Origin: an uncultured Pseudanabaenaceae cyanobacterium
GTDB lineage: Bacteria > Cyanobacteriota > Cyanobacteriia > PCC-9006 > JAAUQQ01
Length of the DNA: 64,000 bases
NCBI GenBank assembly: GCA_938021205.1
Contig: CALIGI010000082.1
Span: forward strand, 1,111 to 65,110
Reading direction: 5' to 3'
Part shown: piece after piece, positions 18,958 through 27,362 of the stretch
Layout of the letters: each line of letters begins with the position of its first letter
Position numbering within the stretch: position 1 is the first letter of the stretch
Position numbers and translations under genes: made by a program
The notes under the pieces: generated by a model
The model's input: the letters and a program-made list of their open reading frames with translations, nothing else
The model's database searches: none
Told to the model about the DNA's origin: nothing

Positions 18958-19794
18958 CTATTGGGCATTTCCCTTAAGGAAGTCCACCAGACTCTCCAGG
19001 AAGCTCTCGCTGAGGTCATCGGCCTCATTCTCAGTGGTTGCTTCACCCATGAGGCTGCGGCTGGCTGCGGCTACCATGGGTACTTCCTCAGCAATGCCTA
19101 CCAAGATGAGGCGGAAGGCGATGCGACGGACTTCATCGAGATCCATGCGCAGTTGTTCAGCAACGCTGGAGAGAGACACCGTTCCGTTGGTAAATTCCCA
19201 CATTTGCCATTCCAGTTTATTGAGCTTGAGGTGGGGCTTACCTTCAATGGCGCTCTCTAAGGTCGAATTGCCCTCCGGCAGTTTCTCTTCTAGGGCATTC
19301 CAGTTCTTTAGGACTCGCAGGGCACCTAGGGTGACCTCTGTGGGCAGCATCATGTGCCCTGTCATCTCCTGCATGGGCATTTTTACGCCGCTCTCAAACT
19401 CAAACTGGCCCTGACTATATTCAAATAGGGCACAGACCTGGCGCATAACCTGGGTGTAAAAGGTTAGCTTGAGCTGCGCTGGACTGACCTGTTCGCGAAT
19501 CTTGAGGTAAACCCCTAGAGGGACGACGAGGGCACTAAATTGTTGGATTTGCTCCTTCGTAATATTTTTCAGAAGGTTCTTGCGATGAAGCAAGCGCAGC
19601 AGACCATTGCCATCGCTGTAGCTGGAGGCGGAGACAATGCGGCCTTTTCGCAGCCAGATGTAGAAACTGCGAGCAGGTTTGCCGTCACCTTGGGCAGTGG
19701 TCTGGAGGGTGAGCTGTCCCGTTTTATTGCCCTGTTCTAGGAACTGAAATAGCTCCGGTAAGGAAAATTCTGCAAGTTGCCCGGTAATGGCCAT
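18958..19794 (-). CDS. PATAN/DUF4388 domain protein
   Basis: N-terminus ITGQLAEFSLPELFQFLEQGNKTGQLTL...FYIWLRKGRIVSA is the DUF4388 pattern, the same fold as the N-termini of the PatA-type regulators at 58403 and 60346. Confidence 0.75.
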   Translation of the reverse strand: MAITGQLAEFSLPELFQFLEQGNKTGQLTLQTTAQGDGKPARSFYIWLRKGRIVSASSYSDGNGLLRLLHRKNLLKNITKEQIQQFSALVVPLGVYLKIREQVSPAQLKLTFYTQVMRQVCALFEYSQGQFEFESGVKMPMQEMTGHMMLPTEVTLGALRVLKNWNALEEKLPEGNSTLESAIEGKPHLKLNKLEWQMWEFTNGTVSLSSVAEQLRMDLDEVRRIAFRLILVGIAEEVPMVAAASRSLMGEATTENEADDLSESFLESLVDFLKGNAQ

Positions 19795-19842
19795 GGCGCT
19801 GACTTAACTCCGACTGCGTTCCGATACTGAATTTTTGCGGGG

Positions 19843-19874
19843 CGATCGCTTCACAAGCTTCCGCTGGAATCGCC
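19843..19874. repeat. 32-nt HIP1-centred dispersed element
   Basis: GCGATCGCTTCACAAGCTTCCGCTGGAATCGC. Related copies at 20834-20849 plus 20904-20923 (split), 21631-21662 (inverted) and 29165-29196 (inverted, inside a CDS). Confidence 0.6.
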
Positions 19875-20246
19875 ATGTTCCGGTAGGACTAGGCCCCGAA
19901 AACTAGCGAAATAGCAATGTCAATGTAAGCGCCCCCATTGTGGGCTGTGGCCTTGGGGCTGACAAGGGGTTGGGCTAGAAATTAGGTCGGTTTTACGGAC
20001 TCTTTGGATCTAGGGTCAGTTCCTGTGGAGATTGGTTGAATCTCCCGATTGCTGCCACTGACCAAGGGGAATCTGCTGGGGAGCAGGAATTTACCTTGGC
20101 GCGTTTACGTTGAGGTCACGATAGCAAACCCATTCCAAAAATTGGGAGATCTGTGCCCAAAAACTTCTGAGGGGAGAGAACTGGGCAAAGATATGGGGTT
20201 GTAGTCCCTCGCGATTTCTAGTTCGGTTTGCGAAGCGATCGCTTGG

Positions 20247-20786
20247 CTATACCGCAACGCCCTGCATCAAATGCTGAACCAGCGCAATGATGGCCTGGGC
20301 GACGGAGCCTTGTTCGTTGGCGTTGACGATGACGATGGGGGGCTGGTGCTTGGAGTCGAGATAGCCAAGGGCCAAGGCGACGTTCTCCGGTGCCCAGGCC
20401 CCTTCGCAGTCCGTGTGGGTCATGCCGATGATCATTGGAATATGGGCGCGCTGACGCATGAAGCTGAGGATGCGCCGGGCATAGCGGAAGTCCTGGGGCC
20501 TATGGGCGGCTACAAGCAGGATGTAGGCATGGGCCTTGCGGATGAGGATGTCCCACATGAAGTCAAAGCGAGACTGACCGGGGGTGCCGTAGAGGTGCAG
20601 GGCCATGTCCGGGGCAAATTGCAGGCGGCCAAAGTCGAAGGCTACAGTGGTGGTGCGCTTCATCAGGGCAGTTTCGTCGGTGGCGGTGCGATCCGTATCG
20701 ACGACTTCGATTTCGCTGATGGTGCGGATGAAGGTGGTTTTTCCGGCTCCGACGGTGCCGGTGACCACAAGACGCATGATTTCCAT
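20247..20786 (-). CDS. small Ras-like GTPase (MglA/CvnD-type ATP/GTP-binding protein)
   Basis: P-loop GTVGAGKTT, switch II YGTPGQSRF, and a G4-like MTHTD. Confidence 0.8.
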   Translation of the reverse strand: MEIMRLVVTGTVGAGKTTFIRTISEIEVVDTDRTATDETALMKRTTTVAFDFGRLQFAPDMALHLYGTPGQSRFDFMWDILIRKAHAYILLVAAHRPQDFRYARRILSFMRQRAHIPMIIGMTHTDCEGAWAPENVALALGYLDSKHQPPIVIVNANEQGSVAQAIIALVQHLMQGVAV

Positions 20787-21016
20787 GGCAGGCCCCTTAG
20801 TTCGTGACTATGGTTGGGTAATGGGAGGGTTGGGGCGATCGCTTCGCAAACTTTCCGAGGAAGCCACTGTCCGCCATCGCTTATGGCAGACTGTCGCCTG
20901 CGTAAGCTTCTGCAGGAATCGCCCAGGGGCGGCCCGAGATTCGGCTTGACGTCAGAATCTAGCTAGGACCGAGATGCGCTGAGGATGAGAGAGGAAAAAG
21001 GCTGAGGAGCAAGGGG

Positions 21017-21388
21017 CTACATCAGGGCTAGCTTGAGTTCCGCAAGGGCACGTTTGATTTCTAACATCAGTAGACCTTGCTTGGCCGCCTGGCTAGCCAG
21101 GACCAGGAAGACCGCATCTTCGCCGCAACTCGTGAGTACGCCGTAGCCCTGGTCGCCTTCCACGTAGATACGATCAATCTGTCCACGGGATAGCTCCATG
21201 CCAATGCGCTCGGCTAGGGAAAGCATGGCAGCAGACATGGCCGCGACCCGTTCCTCATCCATGCCCGCAGGCAATGTGGAGGCCAGGGGTAAGCCATCGG
21301 GAGTCACAAGGGCTGCGCCTTGGATATCACTGGTGGACGTTACGAAGTCTTGGAGAACGCTGCTCAGCTTTTGGGTGTTGATGGCCAT
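21017..21388 (-). CDS. Roadblock/LC7 (MglB-like) domain protein
   Basis: 123 aa. DIQGAALVTPDGLPLAS...AAMSAAMLSLAERIG...VLTSCGEDAVFLVLA is typical of Roadblock/LC7. Confidence 0.8.
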   Translation of the reverse strand: MAINTQKLSSVLQDFVTSTSDIQGAALVTPDGLPLASTLPAGMDEERVAAMSAAMLSLAERIGMELSRGQIDRIYVEGDQGYGVLTSCGEDAVFLVLASQAAKQGLLMLEIKRALAELKLALM

Positions 21389-21874
21389 GGTGGGTCGGAG
21401 TCAAAGATAGGGCCGTCTGGCTCGGGCTCGGGATGCGTCGCAGACGTGGCGATGAACCGGAAGACTGGCTGACAAATAGAGAAGGCCGGGCTAGGGAATG
21501 CCCTGGTTTCCCTCTGATTAATCAGGCTGTCTAGATGACTCTAAAAGTCGCGCTTACAACTACTCAGGCTAGAGTCGCCTATAGGATGCCTTTAAATGCT
21601 CCGAAAGTATATAGGACCGGAGAATCAGCAGTGATTCCTCGGTCAGCTTGCGAAGCGATCGCACTAAGCGGACAGTTCTCCTGATCATGCCCAGGCTGGG
21701 ATGGCGATGCGACGTGAGCCGAGATACATATGGCTAGCGCTTACAAGAGAGGCTGGCTTTGTAGGGAAACGATGAGCTGGGATTGAACCATTTGCTGAGG
21801 TTGTCAGATGAGGTTTATGTGACCTATGGCGACATGACCGATAATGTTGGAAATAGTATTTGGATGCCTTTCCC

Positions 21875-22309
21875 ATGACCCTATCCGTCGGCACTCAGGC
21901 CCCCAACTTTAGCTCCACTGACGAAGCAGGCCAACCCATTTCCTTGGCAGACTTCAAAGGTAAAACCGTCGTCATGTACTTCTATCCCAAGGACGACACA
22001 CCGGGCTGCACCAAGCAGGCTTGCAGTTTCCGCGATGCTGAGGCGGACTATTCCAGCAAGGATATTAAGGTTCTGGGCGTGAGCATGGATGATGCGGCTT
22101 CTCACCAGGCTTTCAAGGAGAAGTACAGCCTGCCTTTCACCCTTGTTGTGGATAAAGATGGTGCAATTACCAAAGCCTATGACGTGGAAGGCGGTGGTTA
22201 TGCCAAGCGCGTTACCTACATTATTGATGGTGAGGGCAAGGTTGCCCAGGTGATGGATTCGGTGCAGACCGCGACCCATGCGGCGGATGTTTTGGCGGCG
22301 TTGGGTTAG
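21875..22309 (+). CDS. peroxiredoxin, BCP/PrxQ type
   Basis: VVMYFYPKDDTPGCTKQACSFRD. Confidence 0.9.
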   Translation: MTLSVGTQAPNFSSTDEAGQPISLADFKGKTVVMYFYPKDDTPGCTKQACSFRDAEADYSSKDIKVLGVSMDDAASHQAFKEKYSLPFTLVVDKDGAITKAYDVEGGGYAKRVTYIIDGEGKVAQVMDSVQTATHAADVLAALG

Positions 22310-22332
22310 AGGCAAGAGGCGAAATTAGATTT

Positions 22333-22420
22333 TCCCCTTTGGTGAGGGGGATGTGAGGGGGATCGGCTGTTGGACTTGCCCTAGCTAGATCCCCCAAACC
22401 CCCCTTGGAAAGGGAGAGCG
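22333..22420. repeat. palindromic MITE-like element of about 88 bp
   Basis: Two hairpin plus G-tract arms (CCCCTttggtgAGGGG-GATGTGAGGGGGATC ... GATCCCCCAAACCCCCC-TTGGAAAGGG). The reverse complement aligns along its length with 23373-23457. Confidence 0.7.
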
Positions 22421-22453
22421 AGTCAAAGGACAGGATTAATAAAGTCTCTTTTT

Positions 22454-23287
22454 TTAAGTTGGCAGGGTGCCAAAGAGCCACAGCGATAAGACAAAATCTG
22501 CCATAAAGACTCCGATCCAAATCATCACAACCGCTGAGGTGGCTGACTCTCCAACGCCCTTTGCGCCGCCCCAGGTGGTGAGGCCCCAGCTACAGCCCAC
22601 CACCGAAACAATCAGACCAAACACCAGTGCTTTGAGCAGTACCGCGAATAGATCGCCCAGGTTTAAAAACGAGTTTGCAGCCCCCAAAAATGTTCTGGGT
22701 AGTTGTCCATAGGCTTGGTAGGCGATCGCCGTTCCTCCCAGCATTCCAGCCGCGATCGCAAACATCGTCAAAATTGGCAGCATCACACAGGTGGCCACGA
22801 CCCTGGGCACCACCAGATAATCCACCGGATCAGTGCGCATCATCAGCAGTGCATCGATCTGCTCCGTGACCCGCATGGCCCCCAGCTCCGCTGCAAAGGC
22901 CGCGCCGACTTGTCCCGCCACCACCCCCGCTGTCAGGACTGGGGCCAGCTCCCGGCAAAATGCAATGGCAAAGGCTCCCCCCACGGCTTCTAACGCGCCT
23001 AGCCGCGACATCTCGCGCGCGGTTTGCACCGTGAAAATCATCCCGGCAAAGCCATTAATCAGCAGCACTGCCCCGATGGCATTGGGTCCTACTTTGACTA
23101 AATGCTCCATGAGATTTCGTCGTTGTAGCTTGCCCTTGATCAAGCGTAGTAAAACTTGGCCGCCTAGCAATCCAGCTATTCCTAGCCTTCGGAGTCCCTT
23201 TGGGGCAGTGCCTTTGAGGCGGGGGGCGGGCGGGAGATTGGGGGAGCGATGTGTCTTGTTGGGGCGAGGGGGGCGGGGAAGTGCCAT
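22454..23287 (-). CDS. mlaE: MlaE-family ABC transporter permease
   Basis: VGPNAIGAVLLINGFAGMIFTVQ, REL.PVLTA, AAELGAMRVTEQIDAL and DPVDYLVVPR. Confidence 0.85.
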   Translation of the reverse strand: MALPRPPRPNKTHRSPNLPPAPRLKGTAPKGLRRLGIAGLLGGQVLLRLIKGKLQRRNLMEHLVKVGPNAIGAVLLINGFAGMIFTVQTAREMSRLGALEAVGGAFAIAFCRELAPVLTAGVVAGQVGAAFAAELGAMRVTEQIDALLMMRTDPVDYLVVPRVVATCVMLPILTMFAIAAGMLGGTAIAYQAYGQLPRTFLGAANSFLNLGDLFAVLLKALVFGLIVSVVGCSWGLTTWGGAKGVGESATSAVVMIWIGVFMADFVLSLWLFGTLPT

Positions 23288-23372
23288 GGCGATCAGGCTG
23301 GAAGCCTATGGGGCAATTCCGCAGGGAACTTGCCTAAGAAAAGGAGATTGATGAATCTTGTGATTTGACTTG

Positions 23373-23457
23373 CTCCCCCTTTCTAAGGGGGCTTGGGGGA
23401 TCTGGCTCGGGCTATGTCAACAGCCGATCCCCCTCAATCCCCCTTGACTAGGGGGAA
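23373..23457. repeat. palindromic MITE-like element (inverted relative to 22333-22420)
   Basis: CCCCCTTTCTAAGGGGGCTTGGGGGATC ... GATCCCCCTCAATCCCCCTTGACTAGGGGG. Confidence 0.7.
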
Positions 23458-23491
23458 GGATGAATGGTCGCTTTTTAAGGGCGATCGCGGT

Positions 23492-24379
23492 TTAGTCTGT
23501 GGCATCTCCTATTGCATCTGCAGTGGCGGTCTCCTCGCTCGTTTCGGCAGATGCACCGTGGTTGCTATCCGAGGCAGTTGCTGAGGTTGAAGTTGAAGTC
23601 GCCATGGCAGCGGCTGTATTGACAGCTTTTTGGTCTTTCCACTTCTTGAGATAGGTCGTCCCTACGACTAGACCAATGATGCCAAGACTGTAGAGACCTA
23701 AGGGGCTAGGCATCCAGAAGTACCCTTCGATGTGGTTGAGCTGACCGGGTAGCATGTGCCACACCATGCCGTTGGGCAGCGCTTCACCGGCGATCGCATT
23801 GGGACCCCGCAGTTTGTACTTCGCTCCCCAGGGAGCATCGACATGGAAGTCCAGGTTGAGCAGATTGCCAGGATTGACCAACATGCCTTCATCTTCTGAG
23901 CTGATGCCTAGACTGCTCAAGTCCACGTCTAGGGTGAGGTGATTGCGCAGGAGAAGGAGCCAATTGGCCTGTTGCAAGCTCACTTGGGCACGGACATTAG
24001 GAGTGTCGATTAAGTCTGAGGCGGCGGGCTGACCTTCAAAGAAGCGATTGAATTTTTTGACAAAGTCCTTGTCGGTGGTGAAGGGGATGTTCACCTGGAG
24101 TTCGCTATTGGAGATGCGTTGGGTGTTGCCCTGGAGCTTGCGTGCCCGTTCGTCCAGGCTGTCGAGCCATTGCTGGGCGCTGATGCCGTTGATGGCGGCA
24201 AGGCGATCACCCAGCTTCACGGTTTGGGTAATTTGCCCGGAATGCTGGTTGTCGAAATGAATGCCCACGTCATAGTTGACGCAGCCGGAGAGCAGCAGTG
24301 CGACTAGGCTGACTAAAATGAAATTTCGCAGCTTGACGAGTCGCTTCAGGGACAGTTTTACGTTCGACAGCATGGGCAT
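23492..24379 (-). CDS. lipoprotein with C-terminal TM anchor (DUF3153-like)
   Basis: Lipobox LLLSGCVNYD, a late TM segment LGLYSLGIIGLVVGTTYL, and a Ser/Thr/Ala-rich tail. The family name is from memory only. Confidence 0.55.
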   Translation of the reverse strand: MPMLSNVKLSLKRLVKLRNFILVSLVALLLSGCVNYDVGIHFDNQHSGQITQTVKLGDRLAAINGISAQQWLDSLDERARKLQGNTQRISNSELQVNIPFTTDKDFVKKFNRFFEGQPAASDLIDTPNVRAQVSLQQANWLLLLRNHLTLDVDLSSLGISSEDEGMLVNPGNLLNLDFHVDAPWGAKYKLRGPNAIAGEALPNGMVWHMLPGQLNHIEGYFWMPSPLGLYSLGIIGLVVGTTYLKKWKDQKAVNTAAAMATSTSTSATASDSNHGASAETSEETATADAIGDATD

Positions 24380-24573
24380 TGGCTCGGTGTTGGGTCGAGC
24401 GGATTGGGGTCAAGTATGCTCGCTTTGTTGATTATTACCTATGGTGATGGCGACCTGGGACTGGAGTTGGCTTTCGTCATGTTTATTGTCCCGCTGGTAT
24501 GACTGGGCTGGCTGATGGGGTCGCTACAATGCCATAGAACAATGCCATAGACGGTGAGTGAAATTTCAATGCC

Positions 24574-24756
24574 ATGGCCCACGGCAGGAACAAGAAAAAG
24601 AAGCCGACGAAGTCGAATTTGCCGAGTAAGGTTTGTGTGGTGTGCGATCGCCCCTTTGAATGGCGCAAGAAATGGGCGGACTGTTGGGATGAAGTGAAAT
24701 ATTGCAGCGATCGCTGCCGGAGACGTCCAGCCCAAGCGGAGTCCGATGATGGATGA
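24574..24756 (+). CDS. DUF2256-type small zinc-binding protein
   Basis: [44 protein letters not shown]. Confidence 0.75.
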   Translation: MAHGRNKKKKPTKSNLPSKVCVVCDRPFEWRKKWADCWDEVKYCSDRCRRRPAQAESDDG

Positions 24757-24903
24757 CTGAGGGCGCGAGTTTATTTTTTTGAGACTTGAAATAGCCGTAC
24801 AAAACCGCTTCCGTAGGTTCTGAGTTTATTTCTGTTGCAAGGAACACGACGGCTCTAATTTTAGCTCGTTACAATCTCGGCATATGAGTTCGGAATATGA
24901 GCC

Positions 24904-25176
24904 ATGTCTTCCACCCCAAAGTCTCTACCCGCGAATTGTCAAACTTGTCAGGTCTGCGGTGCGTCCATTGATAGTGAGGACAAGGTTTATTTTAACTATG
25001 GCCCGACCGGGAGTCGGGAGCGCCTCTATGCTAGAGTCTGCCGATTTGCAGCGGCAGCAGGCTGTATTAATGAGGGCGATCGTCAAGTGACGGCTGATGA
25101 TAATTATGGCAAAGCAGGTTTTGGCCTAGCCCCCCCGGTCTCTGAGCCGTTCGATATTGATCGGCGGGCGGCTTAG
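24904..25176 (+). CDS. hypothetical Cys-containing protein
   Basis: 90-aa ORF with CQTCQVC ... C...C. Its composition is more protein-like than the overlapping 24884 frame. Confidence 0.4.
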   Translation: MSSTPKSLPANCQTCQVCGASIDSEDKVYFNYGPTGSRERLYARVCRFAAAAGCINEGDRQVTADDNYGKAGFGLAPPVSEPFDIDRRAA

Positions 25177-25190
25177 GAATGAGAATGACA

Positions 25191-25850
25191 TTAGACCGTT
25201 AGGCTGTGCAAGCGACTATACGCCAAGCTCTCCATGGCATTGTGGAGGTGGTTTATGTTCAGCTTGTCGCTGGCTGTAATGCTCAGACTGCTGCGCTCTA
25301 GGGTTGCCGTTGGCTTGAGGATAATCCCCTCTTCAACAGTGGCACGGGCTCTGTACTCCAAGCCGATGGCCAAGTTCGTATGAGTGCTGGGTTCATGGAT
25401 GGCTCGGCTCAGCGGTTTAGTGGCATTATCAATATGAGCCAAATTCAGCATCCGATTGAGTTGGCCCAAGTACTCCCATTGATGAATGCTTGGCGGCCAG
25501 GATTGTCGTTCGGCTTATAGTTGGGTTGTCTCTACAACAATTATTTTGAAAGTTCTTGGCGGAATGCGAACAGCGACAGCGGTATCTGAGTTGCGTTGGC
25601 ATTGCAGCGGATGGAACGATTTGTTGGGGTAAGACCAGTGAGGTTTTGCTAGGGGTGTTTTCTGGAGGCCAGCAGATCGGCGATACGCTGGATGCACTGC
25701 TGGGACTGGTGACTGTCGATCTGTAAGTGCTCCAGGGTCTGAGCAGGGCGGTCAAAACATGACGTTGTGCGACAGCATCGGTCTGCCTCGTTGCATTTGC
25801 AGTCGTCTCTTTGGAACAATTGATAGGCGTTTGTTTGTTCTACTTTTGCC
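25191..25850 (-). pseudogene. possible decayed gene (three coding-like pieces in different frames)
   Basis: Hand translation of the minus strand gives three coding-like pieces. They are ...TLEHLQIDSHQSQQCIQRIADLLASRKHP*, then QNLTGLTPTNRSIRCNANATQIPLSLFAFRQELSK*, then ...QSWPPSIHQWEYLGQLNRMLNLAHIDN...SLTV*. Each is in a different frame. Confidence 0.25.
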
Positions 25851-25853
25851 GCA

Positions 25854-26447
25854 ATGAGTTTTGTGCAGCCCAGCCCTAATCCATCCCTTGTCCTCTCCGT
25901 CGCAGAGCTGAAGGTTTTGCTGAAGTTACTGGGGCAGGTTGATTATTGTGCGCCTCTGGAGCAGTTAAAACCGAGCGCTAAAGTGGCTAAGCGTGAGCTG
26001 ATGGCGATCGCTCAATCCCTACAAGCTAATGCACTGATCGTCTACCTCAGCCAAATTGAACGTTTTGCCATAACCCAGCGAGGGCGGATGCTCTTTCGGC
26101 TGGAGATGGCAGCCCGTCCCGTGACACCGGATGAATGGCGGGTGATGCAGTCCTGTCGAAAAGGAGCGATCGCGGTGGAGCAAATTTCGGCGAAAGTTCC
26201 CCAGTCGGTTCGCCAGGAGTTGTTGAAGAATCTGGAGCAGCGAGAGTTCATTAAGGTGACGGAGCGAGCGGTGGCGGATGTTCAGTTGACCCAGGCTGGG
26301 CAGGCTTTCTTGCGCAGCTATCGACCCTGCGGTGGCCAGGCTGTGTTGAGCTTGGACTTGCTGACAAATTATTTGAACTTCATGTCTCTGGCTTTGCCGG
26401 GTGATGGTGAAACTGAGTTGATGCCCCAGACTAGGGCGATCGCTTGA
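25854..26447 (+). CDS. hypothetical protein
   Basis: 197-aa ORF with normal composition. No motif recognised. Confidence 0.5.
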   Translation: MSFVQPSPNPSLVLSVAELKVLLKLLGQVDYCAPLEQLKPSAKVAKRELMAIAQSLQANALIVYLSQIERFAITQRGRMLFRLEMAARPVTPDEWRVMQSCRKGAIAVEQISAKVPQSVRQELLKNLEQREFIKVTERAVADVQLTQAGQAFLRSYRPCGGQAVLSLDLLTNYLNFMSLALPGDGETELMPQTRAIA

Positions 26448-26576
26448 GGTCTGCTCTTCTCCAGGACTCCTGAGCTAGAATGAGTCTTTGTGAAGTCTTG
26501 ACTGTTATGGGATTCAGCTTCCGTAGATATTGGCTAAGCTAGCAACTACAAAGGGTTACCTAGGAGATTTTAAGCA

Positions 26577-27272
26577 ATGCCCATGTTGTCCGCAGCTCAG
26601 TCTCAACCTACCGAACGGGCTGAATTTATCCGCAAAACTTACATCCACCTGGCTGGTGCTATCGCGGCGTTTACCTTGCTGGAAGTGATCTTTTTCAATA
26701 CCGGCATTGCTAACCTTCTCGCAAATCTCATCTTTGCCAGCGGTGGGATCGGATGGCTGGCTATTATGGGAGGCTTTACGCTCATTGGCTGGTTGTCGGG
26801 GGGTCTAGCTCGGCAGGCCAATAATGAGGGCTTGCAGTACCTTGGCCTAAGCCTATACGTATTGATTTACTCGTTAGTCTTTATTCCGTTACTGTTTGTT
26901 GCCACAAATTATGCGGATAGCTCGGTATTGCCAACGGCTGTCATTCTCACGCTATGCCTGTTTGCTGGCCTCACGCTAATCGCTTTTACCACTCAGAAGG
27001 ATTTTTCGTTTCTGGGTGGTTTCTTGCGAATTGGTGGCTTTGTGTCGATCGGTTTTATCGTTTGTAGCGTTATCTTTGGATTTCAATTGGGTCTACTGTT
27101 CTCGTTGGGGATGGTGCTTTTTTCTGCGGTCGCTATCTTGTACGACACCTCGAATGTCATGCGCCACTACGCTGTCAATCAGCATGTAGCGGCTGCACTG
27201 AAGTTATTTGGTTCTGTTGCGTTGTTGTTCTATTACATTCTGAGCATTTTGGTGAGGATGAACCGCCGTTAA
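26577..27272 (+). CDS. Bax inhibitor-1/YccA family membrane protein
   Basis: FIRKTYIHLAGAI, seven hydrophobic segments and a basic C-terminus. Confidence 0.85.
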   Translation: MPMLSAAQSQPTERAEFIRKTYIHLAGAIAAFTLLEVIFFNTGIANLLANLIFASGGIGWLAIMGGFTLIGWLSGGLARQANNEGLQYLGLSLYVLIYSLVFIPLLFVATNYADSSVLPTAVILTLCLFAGLTLIAFTTQKDFSFLGGFLRIGGFVSIGFIVCSVIFGFQLGLLFSLGMVLFSAVAILYDTSNVMRHYAVNQHVAAALKLFGSVALLFYYILSILVRMNRR

Positions 27273-27295
27273 GCGACGGCTTGCTCAAGGTTTGT

Positions 27296-27334
27296 AAAAA
27301 GCCAGGCAGGAGAATTCTCCTGCCTGGCTTTTTT
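27296..27334. terminator. bidirectional intrinsic terminator
   Basis: Perfect palindrome GCCAGGCAGGAGAATTCTCCTGCCTGGC (27301-27328) flanked by AAAAA and TTTTTT, between convergent genes. Confidence 0.85.
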
Positions 27335-27362
27335 GTTCTTGTGCTTGTTGTTTCTCAGTTAC

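Noticed and set aside
20271-20807. 178-aa plus-strand ORF fully overlapping the GTPase gene.
   Set aside because: The minus-strand frame carries clear P-loop and switch motifs. The plus-strand product is Gly/Asp/Val-rich with no motif, so it is treated as a shadow ORF.
22221-22520. 99-aa ORF, and the 63-aa ORF at 23393-23584, sharing the peptide GDLARA.STADPP.
   Set aside because: The shared peptide arises because both ORFs read through the two copies of the palindromic repeat element. There is no independent coding evidence.
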